NCBI GenBank assembly: GCA_965217585.1
Contig: OZ244561.1
Coordinates: forward strand, 1,952,001-2,016,000
Reading direction: 5' to 3'
Length of the DNA stretch: 64,000 nt
Source: Candidatus Latescibacterota bacterium
Lineage (GTDB): Bacteria > Latescibacterota > UBA2968 > UBA8231
In this document: positions 1-9,071 of the stretch, in pieces
Layout of the letters: every line of letters starts with the position of its first letter
Numbering within the stretch: the stretch's first letter is position 1
The notes under the pieces: generated by a model
Told to the model about the DNA's origin: nothing
Databases searched by the model: none
The model's input: only the letters and a program-made list of their open reading frames with translations
Made by a program: the position numbers and the translations under genes

Positions 1-918
1 TTGCAGACGGCCTTCGACCAACAGGGCCAGTGACTCCTCGCGGATGCGGGCGAAATTCCAGCTCGCCTGCGGCAACGGCTCGCTGCAAGCGCGGCTGGAG
101 ATGACCTGAATGCGGTTGCGGTGCCACTCGCCGGCCAAGCGCAAGCCCTGCTCCCCGTGGTAATACGCGGTCGAGACCAAGGTGCCGGCGTAGCAGGTCG
201 CGCGCATGGCGTCTTCAAACGCGCGGTAGGAACCGCTCGTTTCAAAGGCGATGTCCGCGCCGATTTTGTCGGTATGCTGCTTGATCTCCAAGCCAGCGTC
301 CAGTGCCACCGGGTCCAGCGCCAAATCGGCACCGTGGCGCAGGGCCGCGGCGCGTCGCCGCTCAATGGGATCGACAACCGCCACCCAGCGCGCACCGCAC
401 AGACGCGCGGCCTGCGCGACCATCAGCCCGATAGCACCGAGTCCAAAGACGGCGACGCGGTCCCCCAAACGCACCGCGCCATCGCGCACCGCGCCGACGG
501 CAAAGTCGGCCGGATCCCAATACATAATGGCTTGCGGCGAGATTCCGTCTGGGGCCTTTTGCACGCGCGCCGCCGCTATCGTATGTGTTTCGCGGATGGG
601 CAAATGCGCGAACACCCGGTCGCCTTCGCGCAGCGCGGTGACCTCGGCACCCACTTGGACGACCGCGCCCAAGCACATGTTGCCGAGGCGGCGGGGGAAG
701 CCACTGGCCACCGATTCGCCGCGGCGGTGCAGGCGCAGTTCGCCGTCCCAGCGGTCGGAGGCGTCGGGCGTGTCGGCGCGGAAGCCGCGCAGCTCAGTGC
801 CGTGCTTGACCGAACTGAAGAGGCTTTGGACGCGGATTTCGTCCGGGGCTAAGGACGGTTCTTGGTATGAACTGAGGACAGCGTGGCCGGGACGATCGGC
901 AATCAATTCGAGCGGCAT
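1..918 (-). CDS. Zinc-binding/MDR alcohol dehydrogenase family protein (runs off the window start)
   Basis: Not in the ORF track. Manual translation from ATG 918: MPLELIADRPGHAVL...SSVKHGTEL...GDRVAVFGLGAIGLM (Rossmann GxGxxG)...FETSG; open to base 1. Confidence 0.85.
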   Translation of the reverse strand, partial: MPLELIADRPGHAVLSSYQEPSLAPDEIRVQSLFSSVKHGTELRGFRADTPDASDRWDGELRLHRRGESVASGFPRRLGNMCLGAVVQVGAEVTALREGDRVFAHLPIRETHTIAAARVQKAPDGISPQAIMYWDPADFAVGAVRDGAVRLGDRVAVFGLGAIGLMVAQAARLCGARWVAVVDPIERRRAAALRHGADLALDPVALDAGLEIKQHTDKIGADIAFETSGSYRAFEDAMRATCYAGTLVSTAYYHGEQGLRLAGEWHRNRIQVISSRACSEPLPQASWNFARIREESLALLVEGRLQ

Positions 919-949
919 GAGGTAAACTCCTATGAGAGAGGTCAAGTCG

Positions 950-1040
950 CGTTGACATGAACGGGCGGTTGCAACCATTGGACGTTGACATGAACGGGCA
1001 TTTGCAATCATGTTGACATGAATGGACGGGTTGCATATCA
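950..1040. repeat. Three imperfect ~30-bp direct repeats GTTGACATGAA..GG...TTGCA
   Basis: Copies start at ~951, 984 and 1012, in the divergent intergenic region. Confidence 0.8.
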
Positions 1041-1042
1041 GA

Positions 1043-1072
1043 TGTAGGGGCGACCGGCCGGTCGCCCCTACA
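1043..1072. repeat. GTAG-family REP-like palindrome
   Basis: TGTAGGGGCGACCGGCCGGTCGCCCCTACA is a perfect palindrome; near-identical copy at 63931-63960. Confidence 0.85.
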
Positions 1073-1107
1073 AATATGTATCTGTCAACACAACCTGATT
1101 ATAATTA

Positions 1108-2217
1108 ATGAACGCATACCAACGCTTCGTCCGCCCCCTCCTATTCCGCTGTGATCCAGAGCGCATCCACGAGCAGGCCCTCGCGCTTGGCGAGCGGGTC
1201 GGTTCTTCCGCGCTTGGCCGCCATCTGCTTTCCAGCCTCTTTGCCTTTGCGGACGCGCGGTTGGCAACCCAAGTGGGCGGCTTGCGCTTTGCCAATCCGC
1301 TGGGCATGGCGGCGGGGTTCGACAAAAACGGTCGGGTGATCCAAGCGCTGGCGGCCATGGGCTTTGGGTTCGTGGAGGTGGGGTCGGTATCGGCGCATCC
1401 TTCGGCTGGGAATCCGCGGCCTCGCTTGTTCCGCTTGCCGTTAGACGAGGCCATTGTAGTCAACTACGGGGTGCCCAACGACGGGGCCGTGGTCGTAGCA
1501 GATCGCGTGTCTCAGCGGCCGACGACCGTGCCCCTAGGCATCAACCTAGTCGAAACCAATACCGGGCAGCCTATTGCACCCGATGCGGTCGTGGCGGAGC
1601 TCGCCGCGGCCCTAGTGCCCTTTGTCGGGCGGGCCGATTACATCGCGTTCAACCTCAATTGTCCGAACACCACCGGCGGCGTCAGCCCATTCACCGGCGG
1701 GGATCACCTGCGCGACCTGCTGCGCGAATGCGCTGCCATCGACGACCTGCCCCCGATCTTTCTCAAGCTCACGGCGCACACCGATCCGGCGCGGCTGGAC
1801 TGGATGCTGGAGGCGGTCGATCCGTTTGCTTTCGTCAAGGGCTTCATCTTCAACCTGCCGCCGGGAACGAACTATCCCCTCAAGTCGCCAGCCCACCTCC
1901 TAGCCTCCCTGCCCGGAACCTTGTGCGGCCGGCCCGTTCAAGCCCTGATCGACGAAACCGTGCGCTTCTGGTACGGGCGGATTGACCGCCAGCGGCACGC
2001 GATCATCGGCGTGGGGGGGATTTCATCGGCCCGCGACGCCTACCGCAAAATTCGCCTCGGGGCTTCGCTCTTGCAGCTATACTCAGCGTTGGTTTTCAGG
2101 GGGCCGGGAGTCGTGCGGCAAATCAACGCGGGGCTAGCGCACCTGTTGGAGCGCGATGGGTTTGCCCAGGTGGCAGACGCAGTCGGCATCGACAACCAAG
2201 CAAAAGCAGCGGTGTAG
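1108..2217 (+). CDS. pyrD: Dihydroorotate dehydrogenase (quinone), class 2
   Basis: DPERIHE, NPLGMAAGFDKNG, GNPRPRLFRL, NLNCPNT, IIGVGGI and LQLYSALVFRGP motifs. Confidence 0.88.
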   Translation: MNAYQRFVRPLLFRCDPERIHEQALALGERVGSSALGRHLLSSLFAFADARLATQVGGLRFANPLGMAAGFDKNGRVIQALAAMGFGFVEVGSVSAHPSAGNPRPRLFRLPLDEAIVVNYGVPNDGAVVVADRVSQRPTTVPLGINLVETNTGQPIAPDAVVAELAAALVPFVGRADYIAFNLNCPNTTGGVSPFTGGDHLRDLLRECAAIDDLPPIFLKLTAHTDPARLDWMLEAVDPFAFVKGFIFNLPPGTNYPLKSPAHLLASLPGTLCGRPVQALIDETVRFWYGRIDRQRHAIIGVGGISSARDAYRKIRLGASLLQLYSALVFRGPGVVRQINAGLAHLLERDGFAQVADAVGIDNQAKAAV

Positions 2218-2223
2218 CGATCC

Positions 2224-3111
2224 CTACCGAATGCGGGGGTTGATCTGCAAATCCCACGCACGCCAGTAGTACTTGAGCGGGTCGTCCGCGTCCCATTTGG
2301 CGTAAATGTCCTCCCAATCCGTAAAGTTCATGTGCGGCTCCAGCGAATCTTCGCGGACGGGGTGGCTCATGGGCTGATAGCGGTAGTCGAGCGAGATGCG
2401 CAGGCGATCGCCGCTTTCGTTGTCCTGGCCCTGATGAGCGGTGAGGCTATGGCATATCAGCACGTCGCCAGCGCAAAAGTCGCCGCCCGCCCACAGCGTA
2501 TCCTCGGGCAGCTCGACGGCGTTACCGCCGGCACCGGTCGCCTTTTTGACCCCTAGCTTGCCCAGCTTGTGGCTGCCCGGTGCCAGCGCCAAGCTGCCCA
2601 GTGTGGCCGGACAGTCGCCAGCCGGGATCCAAGCGGTCCACGTCTCGTCGGTGCCGCCGATGTAGAAATTGTCTTGGTGCGGCGGGGTGGTGTGCGTTAG
2701 GGCGTTGGGAAAAATTACCCGGCAGATATTGCGGCTGTGGGGCAGGGCATCCTCGCCGAAGAGCGCTGCAAACATCGCCAAAATCGCCGGGTGCAGAGCC
2801 AAGGAGTTGAAGGCGCGCAATCGCTGGACATCGGTGTAAAAGGCGATCCACTCGGGCGAGAGGCCTTCGATGAAAAGCTGCCCGTCGCGGGAGATTCCGT
2901 CCATCAAGGGCGCGTCGTCGTCGAGCCAGCCGTGCTTTTGGCATACTTCGAGGATCTGGCGGCGCAGGTCGAGCACCGACTCTGTATCCAACAGCGATCG
3001 GAAGAACAAATAGCCCTGCTCGGCCGCGCGCTCGCGCAATGCGTCGGGCGCGTCGAGCAGAGGGGTGGAATCGACGAAAGGTTCGAGGTTGAGCATGGTT
3101 TGCTGGGCCAT
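2224..3111 (-). CDS. Phytanoyl-CoA dioxygenase (PhyH) family protein
   Basis: GYLFFR, TPPHQD (HxD), WTAWIP, PGSH and GDVLICHSLTAH. Confidence 0.9.
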   Translation of the reverse strand: MAQQTMLNLEPFVDSTPLLDAPDALRERAAEQGYLFFRSLLDTESVLDLRRQILEVCQKHGWLDDDAPLMDGISRDGQLFIEGLSPEWIAFYTDVQRLRAFNSLALHPAILAMFAALFGEDALPHSRNICRVIFPNALTHTTPPHQDNFYIGGTDETWTAWIPAGDCPATLGSLALAPGSHKLGKLGVKKATGAGGNAVELPEDTLWAGGDFCAGDVLICHSLTAHQGQDNESGDRLRISLDYRYQPMSHPVREDSLEPHMNFTDWEDIYAKWDADDPLKYYWRAWDLQINPRIR

Positions 3112-3115
3112 TGAA

Positions 3116-3568
3116 TCACTCCTGTTCTTTGTCCCAAAAGGCTTGTAAAATGTCGATGTACTCGGCGGAAAGTCCGTGTTCGGTAGCTCCCTGAATCACG
3201 GCCTTGAGGTATTCTTTCGAGGGCGGATAGTGGTGCCCGGCGTCGAGACGAGAAAGATAAGTCCAAACTTCGCCGAGCTTAGGTATCGTTATCTTGTCCC
3301 GCCGGTACTTGGTGCCCTCGCTTTCGTAGTGGTCGAGGCGTCTGAAGTCGTCCGCCGTCATTTCGTATATGACACCCTCGACGTAAGCGTCCTCGTTGGG
3401 CCGGATGCTGGCCACGCCCATACCGCTGCGTGTGAAGGAGATCATCGGAAAACATAGCTCATAGCCTTCTACGCGCACCACAGAGTGGAGACGGGCACCC
3501 GGGCAGCGGGCCTGCATCTGGTGCTTGAGCAAGTTGGACCCATAGGTGAAGTAGAGCATTTCGGCCAT
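3116..3568 (-). CDS. Gamma-glutamylcyclotransferase family protein
   Basis: YFTYGSNL, RCPGA, VEGVIYE, LDHYE and PSKEY. Confidence 0.9.
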   Translation of the reverse strand: MAEMLYFTYGSNLLKHQMQARCPGARLHSVVRVEGYELCFPMISFTRSGMGVASIRPNEDAYVEGVIYEMTADDFRRLDHYESEGTKYRRDKITIPKLGEVWTYLSRLDAGHHYPPSKEYLKAVIQGATEHGLSAEYIDILQAFWDKEQE

Positions 3569-3610
3569 TACCCGACCTCTTTCTGTTGGAGGAGAGCCAT
3601 ACCGTGCACG

Positions 3611-4783
3611 CTACCACCCCTTCCACGAGCCATCGGCGTGCCGATACTGGCGATAGGCCATCGGCTGGTAGGGCAGCGCAGCCAGATCGGCTTCCTTGAC
3701 CTCAACGCCGAGGCCGGGCGCGTCGGAGAGGGCAATATGGCCACCCTCGACGCGCCAATCGTGCTCGACATAGCGGTCGTAGATCGAAAGCCAGAAGTGG
3801 TTGGTCTCTTGGATGAGGAAATTGCCCATCAGCGCATCGGCCTGCAGGGTCGCCGCCGTGCAGAGGGGGCCGCCGGCGTTGTGCGGAGCCATCAGCATCT
3901 GTTCGGCTGCGGCGGCGCGGGCGATTTCAAGCAGATGCGCGATGCCGAAACAGTGGGTGAGATCCGGCTGCAAATAGGCGCAGGCGCGCTCGGCGATTAG
4001 AGGACGGAATTGTTCCAATGTAAACAGCTTCTCTCCGGTGGCGATGGGGACGGGGCTTTTGCGAGCCACTTCTAAGAGGGCGGCCACCGAGCCGGTCTTG
4101 ACCGGCTCTTCGAGTAGCAGCGGGCGGCAGGCCGCGGTGCGCCGCGCGAATTCGACGCTCATTTCGGGGGTGGGACTGCCGTGGGCGTCGAGGAGGATGT
4201 CGAACTCGGCACCCACTTCCCGCCGCATCGCTTCAACGCAAGCGACCGAGTGGTCGATGGCCGCGCCATCCATTGGCCACGTGCGGCTCTCCAGGGGATT
4301 GCCTTTGACGCCGGCAAAGCCCTGATCTTGGATCTGACGCGCGCCCGCAGCGGCTTCTTCCGGCGAGGCAAAGCTGCCGCCGTTACTATAGACGCGGATT
4401 TTGTCGCGCCGCTGGCCGCCCAACAGGGCATGGACCGGCACGCCATAGGCTTTGCCCACTAGGTCGTGCAGGGCGGCGTCAATGGCGGCGATGGCCGTGC
4501 CGAAGACGGGGCCGCCCTTCCACGGCAGGCGGTTTTGGATATCCTCGGTTAGCGCGCGGTAATGGAGCGGATCGCGGTCCAAGAGCAGCTCTTGCCACTC
4601 GGCGAGCGTGGCCTCGACCGAGGGCACCAGCCACTCGCCACTGCCCTCGCCCCAGCCACTGAGGCCGACATCCGTCTCGATCTTGAAGAACAGCCACGTC
4701 TTGGAAGAACTGGCAATCAGCGCGGCGGTGTCTTGGCCCGTGGGGACACTGAATTTGTAGGTTTTGGTTGCGGTAATTTTCAC
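3611..4783 (-). CDS. Mandelate racemase/galactonate dehydratase-like enolase superfamily enzyme
   Basis: GWGE, IDAALHDLVGK, LLDAHG, LEEP, IATGEK and APHN; start placed at GTG 4783 (VKITATKTY). Confidence 0.88.
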   Translation of the reverse strand: MKITATKTYKFSVPTGQDTAALIASSSKTWLFFKIETDVGLSGWGEGSGEWLVPSVEATLAEWQELLLDRDPLHYRALTEDIQNRLPWKGGPVFGTAIAAIDAALHDLVGKAYGVPVHALLGGQRRDKIRVYSNGGSFASPEEAAAGARQIQDQGFAGVKGNPLESRTWPMDGAAIDHSVACVEAMRREVGAEFDILLDAHGSPTPEMSVEFARRTAACRPLLLEEPVKTGSVAALLEVARKSPVPIATGEKLFTLEQFRPLIAERACAYLQPDLTHCFGIAHLLEIARAAAAEQMLMAPHNAGGPLCTAATLQADALMGNFLIQETNHFWLSIYDRYVEHDWRVEGGHIALSDAPGLGVEVKEADLAALPYQPMAYRQYRHADGSWKGW

Positions 4784-4871
4784 GGCCGCATCCTGTGGAT
4801 TTTGACAAGCAGTGCGGATATAGTACCATTCAGGCTCGCCGCACGCAAACCCTCGTCTCCTCGGAGGAATC

Positions 4872-5960
4872 ATGGCCCAACAACGCTTTCAACGCACCGC
4901 GCCCAGCGACCTGCTCCGCGTAGGAATGATCACCGGCCCCGGCGGCCACTCTTACAATATCTGGGGCGAAAAGATGAATCCTCCGCCCGGCACCCTCCGC
5001 ACGACGGGCATGATGATGACCTGCGCTTGGTGCCTCGACGCGGAGATGCGCCAGCGCTTTGCGGAAAAGTACCCGGAGGTCCGCATGGTCGCCGATCCTC
5101 GGGACATGATCGGCCAAATCGACGGGGTGTACATCGACGACATCAACGCGATTTCGCTCTATCCCCTGTTGGCGCGGCCCTTTCTGGAGGCCGGCATTCC
5201 GACCTTTGTCAATCGTCCCTTTGCCACCTCTATGGCCAAGGGGCGGGAGATGGTGGAAACAGCCGCCCAACACGGCACGGCACTGTTGACCGCCTCGACT
5301 TGGGAGTTTTCCGAGAGCGTCGGCGATTTGCGCGCCAAGGCCGCGGATCTGCCCGACATCAAGGGCTATGTGGCTCATAACTCCATGAGCGACTACTACT
5401 CCCACGGCCTGCACGGCGTCTGGTACATCCACTCAATTTTGCGCGACGAGATGGCCAAGGGGCGGGGGCGGCTACGCGCCGCCGCGTACCACACCCCCAA
5501 TTGGCGGGTGCCTGGCGGGATGATCGTCTATGAGCACGAGAGTCCGATGCGCCCGTACTACGGGGCGCTGCACATGAGTTCGGGTGCCGACGGCAACGCC
5601 TATCTGCGGATCTTCGGCGACCACCGAGGCGATGCCGAGGGGCGGATTCCGGGCCGGGCCGGTTACTTCATGTACAACGCTTGGAACGCGCTCCAGCTCG
5701 GCATTCAGGAGATGTTCGAGACCGGCCAGTCGCCGGAGACGGGCGAGCAGCTTTTGGAGAAGCTGATGATGTTTCTCCTGCCCTTTTATTCGGTGTTGGA
5801 GCGCGGCGGCGGGCTAGTGCCGCGGGAGGAATTGGGCGACTGGGAGTTGCCGCCACCGTCCGCCGTGCTCATGGAAGACGGCCAGCCAACCGACAGCGCC
5901 TTTGCATCTCCCTACACCCAAGCCCAGTTCGAAGAAGCAGCGCGGACGCTGGGCGGGTAA
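4872..5960 (+). CDS. Gfo/Idh/MocA-like oxidoreductase (divergent)
   Basis: LRVGMI, DPRDMIGQIDGVYI and FLEAGIPTFVNRPFA resemble the EKP region of the family. Confidence 0.65.
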   Translation: MAQQRFQRTAPSDLLRVGMITGPGGHSYNIWGEKMNPPPGTLRTTGMMMTCAWCLDAEMRQRFAEKYPEVRMVADPRDMIGQIDGVYIDDINAISLYPLLARPFLEAGIPTFVNRPFATSMAKGREMVETAAQHGTALLTASTWEFSESVGDLRAKAADLPDIKGYVAHNSMSDYYSHGLHGVWYIHSILRDEMAKGRGRLRAAAYHTPNWRVPGGMIVYEHESPMRPYYGALHMSSGADGNAYLRIFGDHRGDAEGRIPGRAGYFMYNAWNALQLGIQEMFETGQSPETGEQLLEKLMMFLLPFYSVLERGGGLVPREELGDWELPPPSAVLMEDGQPTDSAFASPYTQAQFEEAARTLGG

Positions 5961-5980
5961 TCCCAGCGGAGGATGCGTCC

Positions 5981-7555
5981 ATGAACAAACGAAGACTACC
6001 CATCGGCATTCAGACCTTCCGCAAAATTCGGGAAGATGACTGCTACTACGTCGATAAAACCGCCTACATCCGGCGGCTACTCGACGAGGGTACGCACTAT
6101 TTCCTGTCGCGCCCGCGGCGCTTTGGCAAGAGTCTGTTCTTGGACACGTTGAAGGAGGTATTCGAGGGCAATGAGCCGCTGTTCAAGGGGCTTTACATCC
6201 ACGATCACTGGGATTGGTCGGTGAGCTATCCGGTCCTGCGGCTCAGCTTTGGCAGCGGCAACTTCAAGGTGCCTGGCTACGTGGAGACGAACCTGATGGC
6301 GCAATTGGACGCCGTCGAACGTCGAACCGGTGTGGCGTCGGACTACGCCACCGGACCGGAGCGATTTGCTCACCTGCTGGAGGCGCTGCACGACCAAGCC
6401 GAGCAGCCGGTCGCCGTGCTAATCGACGAATACGACAAGCCGATTCTCGATGCGCTGGAGGTGCCAGACATAGCCCGCGCCAACCGCGACTTTCTGCGCG
6501 GCCTCTACGCAGTCATCAAGGACTGCGACGCGCACGTCCGCTTCACATTCATCACCGGGGTAAGCAAGTTTTCCAAAGTGCGCCTGTTTTCGGGCCTCAA
6601 CAATCTCACCGACATCACTTTAGACCCACGCTACTCAGCTATCTGCGGCTATACGGAACGCGACTTGGACGCGGTGTTCGCGCCGGAACTCCCCGGCTTG
6701 GACCGGAACCAGATTCGCAACTGGTATAATGGCTACAGTTGGGCTTCGACGTTGAGCTCAGCCGAAACGCTCAGCGACGAGAAGGTGTACAATCCCTTCG
6801 ACATCCTGCTGCTGTTCGACAAGCGCACCTTCGGGGCCTACTGGTTTGAGACCGGCACGCCGACGTTTCTGGTCGAAACGCTGTTCAAGAGGCAGGTGAG
6901 TTCCCTCGAACTCGACGCTATGATCGGCAGCGACGAGTTGCTCTCGACCTTTGACGTGGATGACATAGCGACCGAGGCCCTGCTGTTCCAGACTGGCTAC
7001 CTGACCATCAAGAGTGCCGAAGATCTGGGGGGCAAGCGGCTCTATCAATTGGGCTATCCCAACCAAGAGGTGCTACAGAGTCTCAACGAGAGCCTGCTGC
7101 GCTACCTCGTGCAGGATTCGACTCAGCAGATGGCCAACAGCGTCCGGCTGTATCGGCTGTTGGAAGCCAACGACTTCGCCGGGCTGGAGACGCTGTTCCA
7201 CGCTTTCTTCGCCAGCATCCCCTACGAGTGGTACACCAACAACGACATCGCCCGTTACGAGGGCTACTACGCCAGCGTGTTCTACTCCTATTTCGCGGGG
7301 CTGGGGCTGGACATCGCGGTAGAGGACAGCAGCAGCCACGGCCGGCTGGACATGGCGGTTCTGTTTAACGGCAACGTCTATCTGTTTGAGTTCAAGGTGG
7401 TCGAGATGGCGTCTGCGGGTGCGGCGATGGCGCAGTTGCAGGAGCGGCGCTACGCGGACAAGTACCGCGCCTTGGGCCAGCCGATTTACCTGATTGGCGT
7501 GGAGTTCAGCAAGGACACCCGCAACCTAGTGGCGTTTGAGATGGAACGCGCCTGA
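5981..7555 (+). CDS. AAA-ATPase-like / PD-(D/E)XK nuclease (DUF1703-type), copy 1
   Basis: LPIGIQTF, YYVDKT, RPRRFGKS, IDEYDKP, TGVSKF and GRLDM...LFEFK; ATG 5981 follows GGAGG. Confidence 0.92.
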   Translation: MNKRRLPIGIQTFRKIREDDCYYVDKTAYIRRLLDEGTHYFLSRPRRFGKSLFLDTLKEVFEGNEPLFKGLYIHDHWDWSVSYPVLRLSFGSGNFKVPGYVETNLMAQLDAVERRTGVASDYATGPERFAHLLEALHDQAEQPVAVLIDEYDKPILDALEVPDIARANRDFLRGLYAVIKDCDAHVRFTFITGVSKFSKVRLFSGLNNLTDITLDPRYSAICGYTERDLDAVFAPELPGLDRNQIRNWYNGYSWASTLSSAETLSDEKVYNPFDILLLFDKRTFGAYWFETGTPTFLVETLFKRQVSSLELDAMIGSDELLSTFDVDDIATEALLFQTGYLTIKSAEDLGGKRLYQLGYPNQEVLQSLNESLLRYLVQDSTQQMANSVRLYRLLEANDFAGLETLFHAFFASIPYEWYTNNDIARYEGYYASVFYSYFAGLGLDIAVEDSSSHGRLDMAVLFNGNVYLFEFKVVEMASAGAAMAQLQERRYADKYRALGQPIYLIGVEFSKDTRNLVAFEMERA

Positions 7556-7658
7556 CAGGGGTTCAGATGTCTAGTACGATTTATATTCGCGGCTGTCTCC
7601 CTCACTACTCGCCAAATATGAGATAGCATAGTACAATAGAAAATAAAAGGAGGCCATC

Positions 7659-7898
7659 ATGAGCACTTCTCCATTTGAATTTACCCCTGAGCAGAAGGCC
7701 GTACTAGAGCAGCTTTCTCAAAAAACCGGGGAAGATATATGCAGCCTGATTGCTCGTGCCTTGGAAAAGTTACAGGAAGAGGAACAGGACGAGACAGACT
7801 ACCTGCTCTCCTCACCCAATAATGCTGCCCATCTCCGCAAGGCATTAGAGGACTTCCAACAAGGCCAGCGCAATTTTGCTTCTCGCTATCACTATTAA
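7659..7898 (+). CDS. Orphan antitoxin-like protein (YefM/Phd-like C-terminus)
   Basis: ETDYLLSSPNNAAHLRKAL matches the YefM toxin-binding motif; AGGAGG RBS; no toxin gene follows. Confidence 0.65.
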   Translation: MSTSPFEFTPEQKAVLEQLSQKTGEDICSLIARALEKLQEEEQDETDYLLSSPNNAAHLRKALEDFQQGQRNFASRYHY

Positions 7899-7903
7899 AT
7901 CTG

Positions 7904-8084
7904 GGAAAACACCCGTGAAAGCTTGGCGTTTCTATGCCTTCGGCGACATGCGGCTCGACGACATTGAGCTGGCGGCCTGCCCACCCGATCACGTGCTAGT
8001 CGAACCGCTAGTAGTCCAACCCAGCGCGACCGAAGCCCAGCTCGCAGAAGCAGCGCAGACGCTGGGTGGCTAATCCCAGCAGAG
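7904..8084 (+). pseudogene. Chimeric remnant: 5' end of the 26748 dehydrogenase fused in frame to the 3' end of the 4872-5960 gene
   Basis: 7904-8045 matches 26737-26878, and 8029-8084 matches 5916-5971. Confidence 0.9.
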
Positions 8085-8103
8085 ACTGACAGGCGAGGTA
8101 GAT

Positions 8104-9054
8104 ATGCTGGACGAACTGCGCAAAATCCGCTACGCCCGCTTCCGCCTAGCAATGACCGCAGCTAGCCAATTGCGGTTGCCTCCCTACAAGGGATCCACCT
8201 TTAGGGGAGCCTTTGGCCATACCTTCAAACAGCTAGTCTGTGTTAAGCGGGATCTGGACTGTTCCACCTGTCTGATCAGCGACCGGTGCGTGTATTACTA
8301 TGTCTTCGAGACCCCGTCCAGTGGTGAGGGAGAGAAGGACAGCCGCGGATATACTTTTGCGCCGCATCCTTTTGTGATTGAACCACCCGAGGAAACGCGG
8401 GAAATCTACGAGCCGGGAGCCGAACTGCGGGTCGGACTGGTTTTGGTGGGGCGTGCCTTGGACTACCTACCCTACTTCATCTACGCCTTTGAGGAAATAG
8501 GGCAGCGAGGGTTAGGGGCCGGGCGCGGCAAAACCGCTTTGCAGCGAGTTATCGCCCTCGGTCCTGAGCCTAGCGACGATAGGTGCATCTATCAGACCGG
8601 TACCGGACAACTGGAGTCGGACTATCCGGTCGGCGTTGGTGCTCCTGACATCGCGGCCGTTGGAACGCGGCTGCGGCTGCGGCTGCACACGCCGCTGCGG
8701 CTCAAAAACGAGGGGCGCTATACTCGCCAGCTTGACTTTTCTCTATTGGTGCGATCCTTGTTGCGGCGCGCTTCGGATCTGGCCCGCTTTCACTGCGGGG
8801 CCGAACTGGACCTGGACTACCGGCAGTGGATTAAGCGGGCAGAGGGGGTATCGGCGGTGGCAGCGACACTGCGCTGGCACGACTGGGAGCGGTATTCGCA
8901 GCGGCAGGATCGGAGAATGAAGTTAGGTGGCTTGGTCGGCGAAGTGGAGTTCGCTGGCGAGTGGCAACCCTTCATGCCGCTGTTGCGGCTGGGCGCGGAT
9001 CTGCACGTGGGTAAGGGGACAGGTTTTGGGCTGGGACGCTACGAGATTTTGTAA
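8104..9054 (+). CDS. cas6: CRISPR pre-crRNA endoribonuclease Cas6
   Basis: YKGSTFRGAFG, Cys cluster, PHPFVIEP, DWERYSQRQ and C-terminal G-rich loop HVGKGTGFGLGRY. Confidence 0.95.
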   Translation: MLDELRKIRYARFRLAMTAASQLRLPPYKGSTFRGAFGHTFKQLVCVKRDLDCSTCLISDRCVYYYVFETPSSGEGEKDSRGYTFAPHPFVIEPPEETREIYEPGAELRVGLVLVGRALDYLPYFIYAFEEIGQRGLGAGRGKTALQRVIALGPEPSDDRCIYQTGTGQLESDYPVGVGAPDIAAVGTRLRLRLHTPLRLKNEGRYTRQLDFSLLVRSLLRRASDLARFHCGAELDLDYRQWIKRAEGVSAVAATLRWHDWERYSQRQDRRMKLGGLVGEVEFAGEWQPFMPLLRLGADLHVGKGTGFGLGRYEIL

Positions 9055-9071
9055 AGGAGCAGGATGAAGAC

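Noticed and set aside
121-925. Plus-strand ORFs 121-852 and 251-925
   Set aside because: Antisense shadows of the minus-strand dehydrogenase 1-918, which carries the family motifs
950-1040. Mini CRISPR array
   Set aside because: The units are essentially adjacent, with no unique spacers and no similarity to the array repeat
5681-5980. 100-aa N-terminal extension of the AAA ORF
   Set aside because: Overlaps the upstream gene; the paralog and RBS place the start at 5981
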